Assembly: GCF_002571385.2 (NCBI RefSeq)
Contig: NW_019218252.1
Span: 167,244 to 231,243, forward strand
DNA: 64,000 nucleotides
Reading direction: 5' to 3'
Source of the DNA: Stylophora pistillata
Taxonomy: Eukaryota
Of the stretch, positions 62,561 through 64,000 are shown piece by piece. Position numbers and translations under genes: made by a program. Under the pieces are notes generated by a model, which saw only the letters and a list, made by a program, of their open reading frames with translations, had not been told where the DNA came from and searched no databases. Position 1 is the first letter of the stretch, and the number at the start of each line of letters is the position of its first letter.

Positions 62561-62847
62561 GTAAGTTCAGTAAAATTTGTAGAAGGAGTTGTAGAGGGTT
62601 ATCTAAGTGAGTTGTCTTTTTACTGGGGTCAGTGTTTTTCGTACAGTTCTCAGACACACAGAACAGTAATGCTTGGGAGATTATTATTTGCAAAATAAAC
62701 GTGGATTTTTTGTAAAGGTTTTGCAAATAGCATCATGATTTAACCTCCCAAAACAGCAACAAACCTCGCCTTCAGTCTGGCATGTGGAGGCAGTATTAAG
62801 TTCTAAGCAGTAATGTGAATAAGACATAGTTTGCTGGTACTTTGGTA

Positions 62848-63238
62848 TAAGGATTTAATGAATGTAACTGGGGAATTACAGTTCATTGATCCAATTTTTC
62901 CACACTCCTATCTAGTTACTTCATCAGGGGTGATCTAATTGTTGCAACAAGAGGTCCTTTTATATGCTCACAAGGTGTAAATTGGCGTCAGGTAGTGAGC
63001 CACCATCTTCATGATTCAAAGGAGTGTGGGCAGAGTTTATATCCCAGGTTTCCAAACAAAGGTGCTAGTGATAACACCAATTAGTGATAACAATTTTAGA
63101 ATTATCCCAATTGAATGGTTAGTTAGGCATGTGTGCTTTGACAAAGCTGAATTTTGCAAAAGAAGACAGCTTTTTGATGCTCTTTTAAAGGTTGGGTCGA
63201 TGAAATGCAATTCCCCGGTTACATTCATTAAATCCTTA
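62848..63238. mobile_element. ~390-bp non-autonomous DNA element with ~45-bp TIRs
   Basis: taaggatttaatgaatgtaactggggaattacagttcattgatccaa pairs with ttgggtcgatgaaatgcaattccccggttacattcattaaatcctta. Confidence 0.75.
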
Positions 63239-63695
63239 AGCCAGAGTAACATCAAACTTTGTCTGATCATCCACCCGGTTGCTTTGTGAACTTTATTATA
63301 TCAGAAACGCAAATAATATGCTGTCGGTACTGGGGATAATCAGTGATGTACAAGTATCCTATCCAAGGGCAGTACTGAGTGACCGAGGCCAGTAGGCAGA
63401 TTTTTAGTGACACAATTTTACTGTATAACTTTTTTGAAAAAGAAGTGGACATCCTAGAAACATTATCTTCCCCTCTCAACAAGTGAAACTCTGCTGGGTC
63501 TTTTAGCTCACCAGTTAGGAAAAGTGATGTGTCTTTGCTGAAATACAAAATTGAAGGAGTTATCCTTTATGCCTTGAAATTAATCTGCGCATTTTCTATG
63601 GTGTTCTCTATGTACATACATTTCCCGCAGTACTGAGTTGAAGAATTTCTACAACAATCAAGAATTTCTTAAGTTGGTTATTGTTTCTTTTAACC

Positions 63696-63832
63696 GCCTC
63701 CCGGTTAGCTCAATGGGTAGAGCGCTGGACTATTGTGAGGGAGGTCAAGGGCTCGAGCCCTGGCCGGACCAACACTCAGGGTCTTAAAATAATTGAGAAG
63801 AATATGCTACCTTTCTATAACATCAAGAAATG
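63696..63832 (+). mobile_element. tRNA-headed SINE (pseudo-tRNA head)
   Basis: A-box TAGCTCAATGG-GTAGAGC and B-box-like GGCTCGAGCCC, followed by non-tRNA body accaacactcagggtcttaaaataa. Confidence 0.65.
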
Positions 63833-64000
63833 GNGGCTTTGGAAGATTTCTGTGTCACTATGTAACTGCTTTTAGTTTAAAACGAGTTAATATTCGGCAT
63901 TTTGAGAGATGATAATGAAAGTGTAACTAACATGCTGCCTGCATATTAGTGTGTTGTCGTACACGGACTTGTCCACAACGCGTAAACAGTTTTAACATTC

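Noticed and set aside
63696-63775. Possible tRNA gene
   Set aside because: Acceptor and anticodon stems pair poorly, there is no terminator, and it runs into a SINE body.

Overview
Eukaryotic, AT-rich, intron-containing genomic DNA. The repeat families and gene set look anthozoan, probably a stony coral (inference). Genes in order: GOLPH3 (+); a very large ~10-PDZ PDZD2/pro-IL16-like scaffold (-), tail-to-tail with GOLPH3; RPL17 (-), head-to-head with a nucleoplasmin-FKBP histone chaperone (+); an uncharacterised coiled-coil gene (-); a solitary stem-loop histone H3 (-), head-to-head with an intronless PFKFB (+); an H1-family gene with an RS-repeat N-terminus (-); and MAP2K1/2 (+), with its DFG exon missing at an N-gap. 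MITEs, SINEs and a 55-bp minisatellite are interspersed. The dominant unexplained signal is a 59-bp lattice of 7-nt poly-T tracts, on the + strand only, from ~362 to ~38,595 (~650 periods, four small phase slips, partial occupancy). The tracts replace pre-existing sequence without changing length: they hit MITE inverted repeats, conserved codons and splice acceptors, and create a stop at RPL17 codon 4. The lattice is absent from the last ~25 kb. Because it breaks an essential gene, an assembly, processing or in-silico origin must be excluded before any biological reading.
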